Below are positions 24,985-38,094 of a stretch of 64,000 bases of DNA, one piece after another. The notes below the pieces were generated by a model that was given only the letters and a program-made list of their open reading frames with translations, was not told the DNA's origin and did no database searches. Numbering within the stretch: the stretch's first letter is position 1; the number at the start of each line of letters is the position of its first letter. A program made the position numbers and the translations under genes. The DNA is taken from positions 46,190,001 through 46,254,000 of the forward strand of contig NC_043006.1 in the NCBI RefSeq assembly GCF_006345805.1. The letters are read 5' to 3'. The stretch comes from Octopus sinensis. Its lineage: Eukaryota.

Positions 24985-25420
24985 GATAGAGCTTGGCAAT
25001 ATCTCAGAAATGAAAATCATAAATACTGTCTGTAAAACTCTATCGAAAATGCGAACGGAATGGTTAGGTGGTGTTCTCAAATGACTCAGCCTTAATGGAG
25101 TAACTACGATTGCTTCCAATGAAAATAGGTTTCGTCACTGACGCAATTTTTATTGCATGCTATGCAAAAGAAATCAACAATGGGGATTCTTTGTCTATGC
25201 TTGGTTGACTTAAAAGCTATCTATGACAATTACACTATAGAGTTGTCGTATTCATTCTGTGTAAAAGTAAATTGAGAGAATGATCAAAACAACAGTATCT
25301 AATTAATGCACAGTGAGTGGGGATCCATAATCTGCCATCACAAGTCAACTGACCCGTTTCCCGCCTGTAATGGATAACACCAGAGGGAATCTCAAACAAG
25401 TAAATATATACGTTGAATTG
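24985..25420 (+). mobile_element. Very old L1/Tx1-like RT relic
   Basis: INTVCKTLSKM...LGGVL and LVDLKAIYD loosely match LNTDYKILAK and LDFEKAFD. Confidence 0.4.
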
Positions 25421-26549
25421 GCAGAAACGGTTGAGAATTCCACGAAATTTATATAAAACACTTAGCGCTGTATCCCTATGTTCTCAGATAAAACCCTTCC
25501 TTTCACCATTTTGGAGCCAATAAAATAAGATGCTGTAATGTAGTGAGATATATTAAATCGGCAATAATCCTCTTTAGTGCCAATTCATAGGAAACCAATA
25601 TTTACACTTCAACATTTAGTTGCAATTTGGGAAACCTTGTTAAGAAATAAATCACTTTCATAGTATTATTACATTCAATTATGGCCTTACATTAATTTGC
25701 GAGACTATCTGGGATACTTTATTACAGAAATCCATTTCTTCCATAAAAAAAGTAAATGGACAGAGTTGATTATTACCCGATTCGAAATCAGATGCTGCAG
25801 AATGGGAACTAATATTTTAGCATATTTATCTCAATGTAAATGTAATAGAGAATTTTAGTCTCCACCATTAAAAATTTCGATACAACTACAACATCGACTT
25901 CATGGCACCGTTGATCTGGAAGATCTTTATAATACGGAGTAATTTACTCTAAAGTATAAGTACATTTATTCCATTTAATAATTTGCTTAATGTAGAGTTA
26001 TTGGCGAAAGTAACCAACTCTCGTTCGAAAAAATTCAGTAATCCAAAAAGCTCTGGAACCAATGGTTTCCGAAAAAAATAGTACCTATACTACTTACAAT
26101 AAGTACCGTTTGGGTTTGAAATGTTTTAAGATTTGAAGTTACTGAGGAAAATCTAGCACCGAATACTGTGCGTCAGTATTTTCCATTTCATTCTAAATAT
26201 GGGTCAACATGGAAACATATGCGCCGCTGGAACCAAATAAATGTAATCAGTTGCTCATCCATTATGTAACTTAAAATGCTATTTGTCAGAAATAATGGGG
26301 AAAATTTGTTAATACATGTAGGAATTTTTGTCAACCATACGTACAAAATTATATCAGTTTTTAGGGTGTAGGTGTTGTCTATTAAGTTAAACCTAGCACT
26401 AAAATGTACATTGTTTTACTGAAGCCGAATCAAAAGCAAATTTTATTTCATAGAGCAAAGTATTTTTTTCCCTCATCGCCCTGGTATGTACTGAATAATG
26501 TTTCTGCCTTACAGCATGTTATAAGCTGAATTCTGTTACTGTAAGTATA

Positions 26550-27218
26550 TGAGGCCTAATCAATAAGTACCCGGATTGTTATAGTAACGAAGCTAAAGCA
26601 CGCTGAGTGAAGCCGCTTTGCAAAGATTGACCTTGAAGTCTGCTGTACATGCGCACTAAGTTTTAACGTTCTAGCTCACTTCCACTGTTTACAGCAGTGC
26701 TTGGAATGAACGTGTGTAGCTTGTGATCGTCGCATTGCCCATGACAGAGGAAGCTAACATGGCGATACGCAAGGTTGCAGAAAGAGTATGGAGAGGAGTG
26801 CATGTTCCGCACACAAGTGTACGAATGGTTCAGACGTTTCCAAGATGACCGCAAAATGTCGCTCTTTATGCTCAAGCTGCTTTCAGCTGACCAAAATGAC
26901 ACTCGAGTTTCAGTTGCACAAGATCTTGATTGTGTCGAGAACGATGAAAACCTTTTGAAAACTTTACGTAGGTCTTTGAGCAGGTATCATCAAGCTTTTG
27001 GCAAAATTTATTGCAGATTCTCTGTTCAACTTTCTCTGTCGTTTTCAATGGGACGATCACACGCTACACATCTTCCTTCCAAGCACTGCTGTAAGCAACG
27101 GAAGTGAGCTAGAACATTAAATTTTAGCGCGCATACACAACAGAGTTTAAGGTCAATCTGTGCGTGCTTTAGCTTCGTTACTATGACAACATACCTGATA
27201 CTTATTCATCAGACCACG
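26550..27218. mobile_element. Mariner derivative made of two inverted 5' ends
   Basis: TA-flanked. ~170 bp of inverted subterminal identity. The plus strand encodes QVYEWFRRFQD...KLLSADQ...ENLLKT and the minus strand encodes TEKVEQRICNKFCQKL. Confidence 0.85.
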
Positions 27219-28719
27219 TACAATAAAGATGGCTTTAAACTCTTTGCAATGTAGCAAATAACTTGTTTTTTGCTTTGTAGATTCCATTCACTGTGTTGTG
27301 GTTATGCATGGAACATATCTAAAGTGAGATGGAATGCACAACTGAACGTTATGTAAAATTGCCAAGAAGGCAGTCAAGTTTCAGTTGAACTTTCGAACGG
27401 CATCCGGAACCCTAATTAGTTGGGAAGATATGACTCTCACTCCTGACACATATAACCTGTTAGAAGTGAAGAGAAAATTAAATTACGCCAAGTTTAATGA
27501 ATTGACAAATTTTTGCAAAGTGATTGCATTAATGATCGACTGTAATATTTACTTTTGTGGAAAGTTTTTTCTAATTAAAAACTAAACCAAAATTTATGTT
27601 CTTTGAAACGCAAGGATCTCTTTCCTCACACACACCAATTTTGGAATTTCGCATTTTCAATCAAGATTTGAATCGATTAAATTCTACCTTTCACCTTAAA
27701 ACTATTAACCTGCGAAACATTTCATGTCGCTATACTAATTACAAATTTAATCTTCATGCTTGGAATTACTCTCGCAAATATTCCAATGTTTGTCATGCCA
27801 ATGAAACTACAGCCATCCAGCACTGAATAATGGTTGTAGCTAACCTTTTGGAACGATGTTCTAACATAGAATATCACCAGAGCTATTATAATGATCGTTT
27901 CATTTGAGATAAATTATATTCAACATTATGTTACTGGAACAGCACTAAGAGGCGCCAAAATGAGGACATTGCCAGACTTAATGACTTCCGGAATTTAGTC
28001 ACGTTTATTAACGTTCTTAGTTCGAATCAAGGCGGATTGTAATTTGTGCTTGATCTCTATCTTATATACTAAACGTAAACATCTTGTTGTTGTATCTGCT
28101 TTCTACGCTGCATGGATTTTGGTGTACCCCGATAAGATGTTGACCTTTTGTTTATACGATATGAAATCGGATGCTGCAGGATAGAAACTAATATTTTTGC
28201 ATATTTATCTCCACGTATCATTGAAATCTGCAGTAAGCAATCTAACTCATGTAGTTCCTCCCTGTGGTTAATGGCTGGTTTCAATTTCTGCAGCGTTATG
28301 TAATGTGCACTTACCCATGTAATGCACAAATGATGCGTTGCAGCAGCTGTAATCCATTGAACTGGATACATTAAATATTACCTTCAGACCAACGGTGGGA
28401 TAAGATACAAAGTCTAAACGGACTGGCAGCATTTGATTTCGAGTCTGAGATTGCCCCTTTTGTGTTTAGGGGCCCTGATGGACACCTGAAAATTCTGGGT
28501 CTGTAAATTCTTCACGTGATTTTTTCATTGATGCTTCTGTATGCATATAATCATTTATTCGAATGTGCAATTTCCTAATGGTGCGATCTCAGAACCATGG
28601 AGGCCCTCCTTATAAACAACCATTATCAACAGAAAGGAACTACATGAAGATGTTTATATTAATTTTTAGTATACGTATGAGCATTTCGCTAAATCAGCCT
28701 TAATTTTTTATAGTAAAAT

Positions 28720-28906
28720 AGGAGTGGCTGTGTGGTAAGTAGCTTGCTTACCAACCACATGGTTACAGGTTCATTCCAACTGCGTGGCACCTTGGGCAAG
28801 TGTCTTTTACTATAGCCTCGGCCGACGAAAGCCTTGTAAGTAGATTTGGTAGACGGAAACTGAAACAAGCCCGTCGTGTATATATATGTATATATATAAT
28901 ATATAT

Positions 28907-28952
<46 letters not shown>

Positions 28953-29004
28953 ATATATATATATATATAATATATATATATATATAATATATTATATATA
29001 TATA

Positions 29005-29060
<56 letters not shown>

Positions 29061-29270
29061 TTGTGTGTGCGTGTGTGTTTGTGTTTGTTCCCCCAACATC
29101 GCATTACAACCGATGCTGGTGTGTTTACGTCCCCGTCACTTAGCAGTTCGGCAAGAGAGAGCGATAGAATAAGTACTAGGCTTACAACGAATAAGTCCTG
29201 GGGGCGATTTGCTCGACTAAAAGGGGATGCTCCAGCATGGCCGCAGTCAAATGACTGAAACAGATAAAAG
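28720..29270 (+). mobile_element. SINE family A, full length, with ~200-bp internal (TA)n(TG)n
   Basis: AGGAGTGGCTGTGTGGTAAGTAGC head through ...CAGTCAAATGACTGAAACAGATAAAA tail. Confidence 0.92.
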
Positions 29271-29689
29271 TAGAAACGAAAAAGAAAAGAATATAAAAGA
29301 ATATATACTGGCAGACGAAATTTGCCAAACCATCGACCGTTTGATCAGTTACTACTGATGAGGCCTACGGAATTGCTGAAACTATGCCTAATCTTGTGAT
29401 TCTAGGGACGGTAATTGTGCGGTTAACTCCCCTGTAGGTGTATATATATATTGCACTCTTCTTACAGCATTAAGAGTTTTTAGCTCTTCTTTCTAGCAAT
29501 GAGTGTGTGCGTGTAATTTATGGTTACTAGAGGGTGGATATGAATATGCGTAGATGCCAGTATATAAAGGAATGCGTTCGAGTACTCCTTTGCAAAGTAC
29601 ATTGAAACATGCCTTTCTGTAATAAGTTTATATACAGAGTACGATGAGTAAACTGTCAACATTTTATATTCTTAATTTCGCGCATGCGC

Positions 29690-30510
29690 ATTGTATATTT
29701 TTGATCTTGTCGACTACATAGCATAGTAGGGTCAGATGGGCACTCTCTGTGAGAAAAAAAACAGCACCATGACGCATTTCACTCTGCCAGAGATTTGGAA
29801 AGGACATGCTGTACTGCTTGGCATTCGCGCCAAAAGCTACAATACGAACATTTCAGAGTGTTTGGGTGTCAATCTGAGGAGAGTGCAAGCTGAGGACATG
29901 TACCAAAAGTGAGGAAAATCAAACATATAGTCAACATAATGGTGTCTGGAATGATCACTAGTCTTGGCGACGTTATGCCTCTATTCATCTTCCCACACGA
30001 CCTCAGACTCAACACAGAGGCCCACATCAAGTGCCTAAAGGACATCAAGTGCTCCTCTAGGTCAAGAGGGTGGCTGCTGGAAGACCTATGATTGGCAACA
30101 GGATTTTGCACCTTGTTATACAAGCAGGAGAACGCAGGCATGGCTGTCAGACAATTTCTGCGATCACATCTAATATCTGACTGTCTAACTCCCCAGATTG
30201 CAACTCCTTTGATTATTATGTGTGTGGCACAGGTGAGTGAAAGACCAACAAACTGTTTGTGACACCAAACTAGTCAAGGATTATGGCAGCGTTCACCAAC
30301 TTAAACAAGGAAAGCGTCCAGAAGAGTTGCAGGAGATTCCGCAGTCGTCTGGAGGCCATGGTTGAAGACAATGTCGATTTTATTGAATAGATTTACTCTT
30401 TAGTATTTGAAGATATTTTTATGTAAATTTGGTAAATATATCTGTTAAAATGAGATGTCAATGTAATTTTCATTTTTGCGGAATTTAGACAAGATATTCA
30501 CCGCACCCTG
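29690..30510 (+). mobile_element. Tc1/mariner (maT/DD37D-like) transposon relic
   Basis: WQQDFAPCY...NSPDCNSFDYYV and RFRSRLEAMVE motifs. The right end is CACCCTG|TA. The left TIR was not found. Confidence 0.65.
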
Positions 30511-30598
30511 TATATAGGCATGTATGAGCGTATCTGTCTGTTTTTGAATCTATCTCATTCTGTGTATCTGCATCTCCTTCATTCAATTTTTCTTTCTT

Positions 30599-30599
<1 letters not shown>

Positions 30600-30687
<88 letters not shown>

Positions 30688-30688
30688 G

Positions 30689-30772
<84 letters not shown>

Positions 30773-30773
30773 G

Positions 30774-30828
<55 letters not shown>

Positions 30829-30836
30829 CATCTATC
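30600..30836. repeat. (TATC)n microsatellite, unoccupied
   Basis: Direct reading. Confidence 0.95.
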
Positions 30837-30936
30837 AGTTTAATAAATACACAAATGCATATGTATATACGCATGCAGGTAGTATATATGTATGCATGAA
30901 TACATTCATGTATTAATGTATATGTATATATATATA

Positions 30937-31013
<77 letters not shown>

Positions 31014-31014
<1 letters not shown>

Positions 31015-33389
31015 GATCACTACTCTCGGATCACAACATGGTAGAGCTGACCATGTACGGGCCAAAGGAAAGCAAGGACATGCAGCCTACAAGAAACTCT
31101 CAGAATCTTTCCAGCTTGAACTTCCACAAATTGAGAAAGAGATCCTCAAACAAAACTGGCCTGAATGTCTCTCCTCGCCAGACATCGACGTGAAACTTCA
31201 ACAATTCATGTCTGTAATGCAAGCCATATGCTACAAATGTGTCCCAGAGAGAAAGGCCACTGTACACAAGAACAAAATCCCCAGAGAGAGGAAAATTCTA
31301 ATGAGACGGCGTACAAAAGTTTCAAATCGCCTAAACAAACAAATTGAAAGCAGTGAAAAGTCCCGCCTGAAAATAGAACTGTTGGAAATTGAAAAATGTC
31401 TGCAACTCTCCCATGAAAAGGAAAGAGCAGACAAAGAAGCCTGGGCAATAGACCACTTAAAATCTAACCCCAGAGCTTTCTACAGGTATGTCAAAAAAAC
31501 AGCTACGGTGCACTGTAGGATAGGGCAACTCCTTGAAAAGATGGCACACTCACAGAAAATCCAATGAGGGTAAGTGAAATACTAAATGAGCAATTCAAGA
31601 GTGTTTTCACTCCACCCCTTGGACATTTCCAAATCACCAATCCAACTGACTTCTTTACCACTGCAGATATAAAATCAGAGGCAGCGATGATTGATTACAT
31701 CAATATAAAGGAAGACGATGTAATAAAGGCTATAGATGAAATGAAAACAAACTCAGCTACTGGCCCCGATGGATTCCCGGCAATCCTTCTAAAAGTATGT
31801 AAGAGAGTCCTAGCAAGACCACTGCATTTCCTCTTTTAGAGCTTCCTTGCAACTGGCAAACTTCCAAGAAAACTGAAGGAAGGTAAAATATGCCCTATTC
31901 ATAAAGGAGGTAGCAGAGCGGAGGCCAAGAACTACAGACCTATCTCTCTGATCTCACACATCAGCAAGGTCATGGAACGAATAGTCAGAAGGAAACTAAT
32001 CACCTTCCTTGAAGAAAATGACTTGCTGCCTGACACCCAACATGGTTTCCGACCGGGAAGAAGCTGCTTAACTCAGCTCCTACAACATTATGACTGGGTG
32101 CTGAAACGACTGTTCAACCACTCAAATGTGGAAGTTATATATCTCGACTTTGCAAAGGCCTTTGATAAAGTCGATCATGGAATGATATGTCACAAACTGC
32201 GTGATCTTGGCATAGTTGGAAAATTGGGAGAATGGCTTCATGACTTTCTGAAGGATAGAAGTCAGGTGGTAGTAGCCAATTTAACACGCAAATAGTGAGC
32301 GGTGTTCCGCAGGGCACTGTTTTGGGACCACTACTGTTCATAATGGCCCTCTCAGACATGCCCTCAGCCACGCAGAGAGCCACGATCACAAGTTATGCAG
32401 ATGATACAAAAGTTTCACAGGCAATACAGAACACTGAAGATACTAAGCACTTGCAATGTGAGCAGGACAAAATATACAAGTGGGCTGAAAAGAATAGCAT
32501 GCAGTTCAATGCTGAAAAGTTTCAAGCTTTATGCTATCAGCATGCAAAACTAAATGCAATACCCAATGAATACACTGGACCTGGATGGATTGCAATCCCA
32601 GAGGCACAATCAGTGCGTGGCCTGGGTATTTACATGAGTGATGACGCAACCTTTCATCTACATGTTGCTAAATTGGCAATGAAATGTAGACGGCTGGCCG
32701 GATGGATTCTTAGAACCCTTAGAACAAGAGACCAAGAAACCATGATGGTCCTCTGGAAGATACTTGTCCTAAGCCACTTTGACTATTGCTCTCAGCTATG
32801 GTCACCATCCAGTGTCAAGTTGATTACAGAACTTGAGGCGATCCAACGAAGCTACACGAAGAAGATAGCCTCTGTGCAGCATATAAGCTACTGGGAAAGA
32901 CTCAAGAGATTAAAACTCTATTCCTTGGAGCCTAGGCGAGAAAGATATACCATAATATACATCTGGAAGAACCTGCAAGGACTTGTTCCAAACTTTGGCA
33001 TCGAGAGTTACACAAAGGCCAGAACTGAGCGCCACTGCGTAGTGCCAAGGACTCCGAATTTGCCATCAAGATGTAGGACAAGATACTGTGATAGCCTGGG
33101 CTTCAGAGGCCCACAGCTCTTCAATATCCTCCTGAAGAACCTGAGGGACCTGCATGGGGTGGATGCGGATGTCTTTAAAGTAGGACTGGATCTCTTCCTG
33201 TCAGGTGTCCCGGATGAACCAACTTCACGGCAGGAGGTGCAGATGAGGGCAGCTGCGTCGAACTCTCTCATGCACCAAATGGCAGTTGCTAAAAAGCATT
33301 CGTGAAGTAAAATCATGTAGCAACATCAAATGGCAGTGCCCCAGCATGGCCACAGCTCGTGAGCTGAAACTAGATAAAATAAAAAAAAA
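31014..33389 (+). mobile_element. CR1-clade LINE, 5'-truncated, disrupted ORF2 (RT)
   Basis: TGPDGFP, QHGFRPGRSCLTQL, YLDFAKAFDKVDH, GVPQGTVLGPLLF, YADDTK. Frameshift at ~31565, stop at 31837-31839, deletion at ~32285. Flanked by (TA)n. Confidence 0.95.
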
Positions 33390-33443
33390 TATATATATAC
33401 ATACATGCATATATACATACATGCATATATATATATATATAAT

Positions 33444-33537
<94 letters not shown>

Positions 33538-34174
33538 ATATATACACATATATATATATACATACACACATATATATCATATTATATTATATTATATATG
33601 TATGACAATTGAGCAATTCAGCTATTAAAGTAAAACGGGAAATATCACATGGGAAAAGGACATAATAGATAATTATGCGAAAATAATGAAAATTAGGAAA
33701 GAAAAAATATAATACAAAATGCAAAAATTATTGATATAACCGAAAACGAATTCCACTTAAATATATCGAAATATATATAAAAAATGTGTAACGTCAGGAG
33801 CAGTAACAAAAATACGATGCAAAAAAGATGAGAAAAGATGAGAAAAATCCTGTGAAAAGAAGGTAAAGGAAATAAAGAAATAGAAAAATAGAAAAAAAAG
33901 AGATTAAAATAAAAAAAAATAATAAAAAAGCGAACGGAAAATAAAGAATGTCTCCATGAAATATAAAAGATTGGTTGAAATTAGCCAGAGAAAATTGTTT
34001 CCTGCTCACTGACCCCCCTCACCGTTAAGTGTCCTTCAATTAGTTATAAAATAGAAGTAGATTATGATTTAGCCAGCCAGAGCTAGAATGTCTTTGGAGA
34101 AAATACAGGCCTTGGTTCTTATTGGAATTACAGCTTCAGTGTAAAAATTGTCCTTTAGATTTGGAGATCGCCGT

Positions 34175-34286
34175 GATCATCATCATCATCATCATCATCA
34201 TCGTCACCACAATCATGGTCACCATCACCATCATCGCCGATGTCGTCCTCGCCACCATCACCACCACCGCCACCGCTACATCACCC

Positions 34287-34343
<57 letters not shown>

Positions 34344-34360
34344 TATCATCATCAGCATCA
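34175..34360. repeat. (CAT)n/(CAC)n compound microsatellite; similar tracts at 35238-35452
   Basis: Direct reading. Confidence 0.9.
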
Positions 34361-34603
34361 TTTTATATAAAAGTTTTGGACTTTTGTTTTGTGATGTTTC
34401 GAAGTTGGTTTAATGAGATAGAGACTGCCTGTTAAAGATCACTGCGCATGTGTGAGGTGTCTGAAGAAATAGAAATTAAAAACAAAAAAAAAATGTAAAT
34501 CGTATTAACAATTGAGATCTATTGTTCTGTAGAAGTGCAAGAAGTCTCATATTATTTTTTTTTTCACTTCTTAAGTGTCAGGGAAGAGAAATCGAAGGGG
34601 CGG

Positions 34604-34693
<90 letters not shown>

Positions 34694-35251
34694 ATATGGT
34701 GATTCTAGTAAGTTGTGGCATCAATGATTCAATGATAAAATGGTTAACGTTAAGTACTTCAGTGTTTGGTCATTCCGTCTCTTTATATCCTAACCTTAAA
34801 TCATCCCCAGTGCGATTTTCGTTTGATCTTTCCGAGGTCGATTAAAATAGAGAATTGGTCACGTACTGAGATCATTATAATCAACAGTACCCTCGCCGCC
34901 AAACCTCTAACCTCAAGTTTAACGCAGAATTTATATCTGTTGAAGATCATCGAGTGTGTAGAGTGTCAGAGAAGAAATTGTATTAACGATTACGATCTGT
35001 TATTCGGGAGAACAGCAAGGCGTCTCTATTTCTCTCTCTCCCACTCCATCACTCTCACTCTCTTCCTTCCTATCTTCCCCCCCTCTCTCTCTCTCTTTGA
35101 ATACATACGTCACACACACACGCACACATACAGAAATGAATGTAAATTATTATCTTTATCTTTATCACCTTTTGTGTTCTAATTCGCCCTTTGATGTTGT
35201 CCTCAATCTCTTGGTCCCTTGTGGCCAATAACAGAAATCATCATCATCATT

Positions 35252-35288
<37 letters not shown>

Positions 35289-35626
35289 CCATTGTCGTCG
35301 TCGTTGTCGTTGTCATCATCATCATCATCGTCATCACATCACCATTGTCGTCGTCGTCGGTGTCGTTGTCACCACCACAATCATCATCATCATCATCATC
35401 CTCATCATCATCATCGCCATCGTCGTCGTCGTCATCATCATCATCATCATCATTGTTTATAGCTTCCTTTCATTATAACCTTATTTCAGCTGCCTTAGTA
35501 CTGGGCATCCTCCCGTAGCAAGGGCACTTTTGTTTTGCTATGCATGCTTAAATTATCCCCACACATCCCATTTTAGATGGAGAGTGCTTTCCGTAGTAAA
35601 TGGGCTTTAACGATCACGGTTATCGC

Positions 35627-35665
<39 letters not shown>

Positions 35666-35741
35666 GTTGTTGTTGTTGTTGTTGCTGCTGCTGCTGTTGT
35701 TATTGTTGTTGTCGTTGTTGTTGTTATTATTATTATTATCA

Positions 35742-35980
35742 TGTGGGATGGGGACTAGTCAATTATATCGACACCAGTGTTTCACTGGTACTTATTTTCA
35801 TCGACCCCGAATGGATGAAAGGCAAAGTCGACCTTCTGAGTTCAAATTCCACCGAGGTCAACTTTTCCTTTCATCCATTCGGGGTCGATAAAAATATCTA
35901 CCAGTGAAACACTGGGGTCGATATAATTGACTAGTCCCCATCCCACAAATTTGAGGCCTTGTGCCTCCAGTGGAAAGGAT
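35742..35980. mobile_element. SINE family B2 fragment with fold-back inverted duplication
   Basis: 93-bp arms at 35742-35834 and 35855-35947 around a 20-nt spacer. (ATT)n tail at 35980-36048. Confidence 0.85.
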
Positions 35981-36000
35981 TATTATTATTATTATTATTA

Positions 36001-36049
<49 letters not shown>

Positions 36050-37875
36050 GAAAGCGTTTAGATGCAAATTTAGCCAGCAGCAATGTTATCCTGAGATCTG
36101 GTGACAACAAGTCCCCCTGAAATGTGAAGAATATCTTCCTTTTTTTAAAATTATTTTTAGAATTCTCCTCAAAAACAGGATGTTACTACTTTTTCACAGG
36201 TGCACAATACATACCTCAATCCTAATATCCTTCAGTTTCTGAGACTGAAGTTTCTGTATCCTGCCGAGTGTTTCCATTATCAGAGAACAATTTTTAAATT
36301 ACTGCTCCACAATCTCTTCCTCTTTCTGGCTAGTTTCTAATATTTCCAGCTTTTCTCAGTTTCCATCGTATTCATTCTTCTATTACACGTTATTACAATG
36401 TCTGTGATTTTCCCGTTTTCTCTGTCCTCTTATGATCACATCTGATTAGTGTCTATGAAGAATTCTCCAGTACCATGCTTTTGTATAGTGTTCATATAAA
36501 TCAGAAGTTCTCAGCCATTTTCTATTTACGGACCCTTTTGTTTACTATTTTATTCTGGTGCATCCCTATAGCGATTCGATGTTTATAAACTAATTTTATC
36601 CATAATTCTTTCAAAAGTTCTATTTTGGTATTCATACATTCACTTGTATAGGTTGAACTATGTAAAACGCCAGAGGAAGGAACCTAGGAGTTTCTTGCAA
36701 TAAAGATCAAACATTAAGATCAAAATTTTCATGGACTCTTAAAATAATACTGTGGATGCCCAATTTACTATTTTTCTAGCGTGGACTCCCCAAAAATCTT
36801 ATATGGATCCCCAGGGGTCATATGGACTTCAATTCAGAACCACTGATATAAATTTTCTGTTACTTCCAACCGACAAACTTGTCTAACATTGCAGTGCACC
36901 TTTTTCATCGACTCAGTCATGCCTGCGTTTAAGCTATTTTTGTTCCCTATTATATTTCACTTACTTTTCCACACACTTAGCGTTTATCCTCTGCCTGATT
37001 ATTATCAATATTAATTTTTATCAAATTCGTTCCAATGACTTCTATCTGAGAGGCTAAAATCAGTGATTCAGGTTCGGGTTTCAAGTTTACACTTGTCAGT
37101 TCCAACATCCGTGTTTGTTGCATAAATTGACATGTGATTCTTTCTGTATTCAGTTATTTTCTGTATTCAGTTATTTTCCTGGTCGTTCTTGATTCCACTC
37201 TTGATTTTTCTCTCTGTTTTAGTTACTTCTTTACATTTCTGGTCGTAGATCATATTCTGTCTTCACTACACAAAACAATTTTTTAAAACGCAATAGTGCA
37301 TCACTGATTGTGAACCTTGCATCTAACAAACCTATACTATCCTTTTCATATTGGTAAGTAGACTCTGTGCATGTTACTTACAAGGTGAAGGTAAATCGTG
37401 AGCACATCGGGCAAAATGCTTAGCGGCATTTTGCCCGTCTTTACATTCTGCGTTCAAATTCCGCTGAGGTCGATTTTGCCTTTCATCTTTTCAGGATAAG
37501 TAAATGAAGTACCAGTTGAATACTGGAATCGATGTAAGGGATTTACCCCCATCCTACGAAGTTGCTAGCCTTGTGCCAAAATTTGAGATCAATATTATTT
37601 ATAGAGTGTTATAGAGTGAGCAGCTTCCTAGGTCTTCTGTGTAATTCTTATAACTCCGTCTTGTCCAGTTTACTAAAAGAGCAGATTATCCCTACGTTAA
37701 CATGATCCGTATGGTGATTGCCTTGATAACATGATCTCTTGCTAATTTTATTTCGATCTTCCTAATCCTTCTGCTGCACTCTTTAGAGACTTTAATTTCT
37801 CTGTTCATTACCTTATCACTCTGCAAGACCCCTAGATATTTGTATTCCTCATTATCTCTCAGTGATCTAATATCA
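36050..37875 (-). mobile_element. Fragmented R4/Dong-like (restriction-like endonuclease) LINE relic, interrupted by a B2 SINE (~37395-37590)
   Basis: Minus frames EEYKYLGVLQSD...NWTRRSYKEL (37600-37870) and PDVII...KY*KLARKRKRLW (36170-36460). The 3' side abuts (AAT)n. Confidence 0.6.
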
Positions 37876-37877
37876 TA

Positions 37878-38094
37878 TGAGGGTGTGCTGAAAAGTACCT
37901 GGCTTTAAAGGTGTCAGAAAAGGCCTAGTTGGAGGCAGAATTTCCGTGTTCTTTTACAGGACTTAGAAAAACAGAAGGACTGCTGCAATAAGTGTGTAAA
38001 TCTGAGAGGGAAATATGTCTAACAAAATCATAATCATCTAATCCTCCTGTATCTTCTTTTATCCAAAGCCAGGAACTTTTCAGCACCCGATTCG
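37878..38094 (+). mobile_element. Mariner-derived MITE, same family as 17008-17200
   Basis: TA-flanked TIRs GGGTGTGCTGAAAAGT.CCTGGCTTT / AAAGCCAGGAACTTTTCAGCACCC. Relic peptide KCVNLRGKYV*. Confidence 0.8.

Noticed and set aside
34440-34452. TGCGCATG (NRF1-like) as a promoter signal
   Set aside because: Isolated partial motif with no CpG island or downstream exon. The other match (~29682) lies at a transposon end.
37141-37178. Short tandem duplications (17 bp here, 13 bp at ~20799, 15 bp at 48257)
   Set aside because: Ordinary slippage duplications with no further structure.
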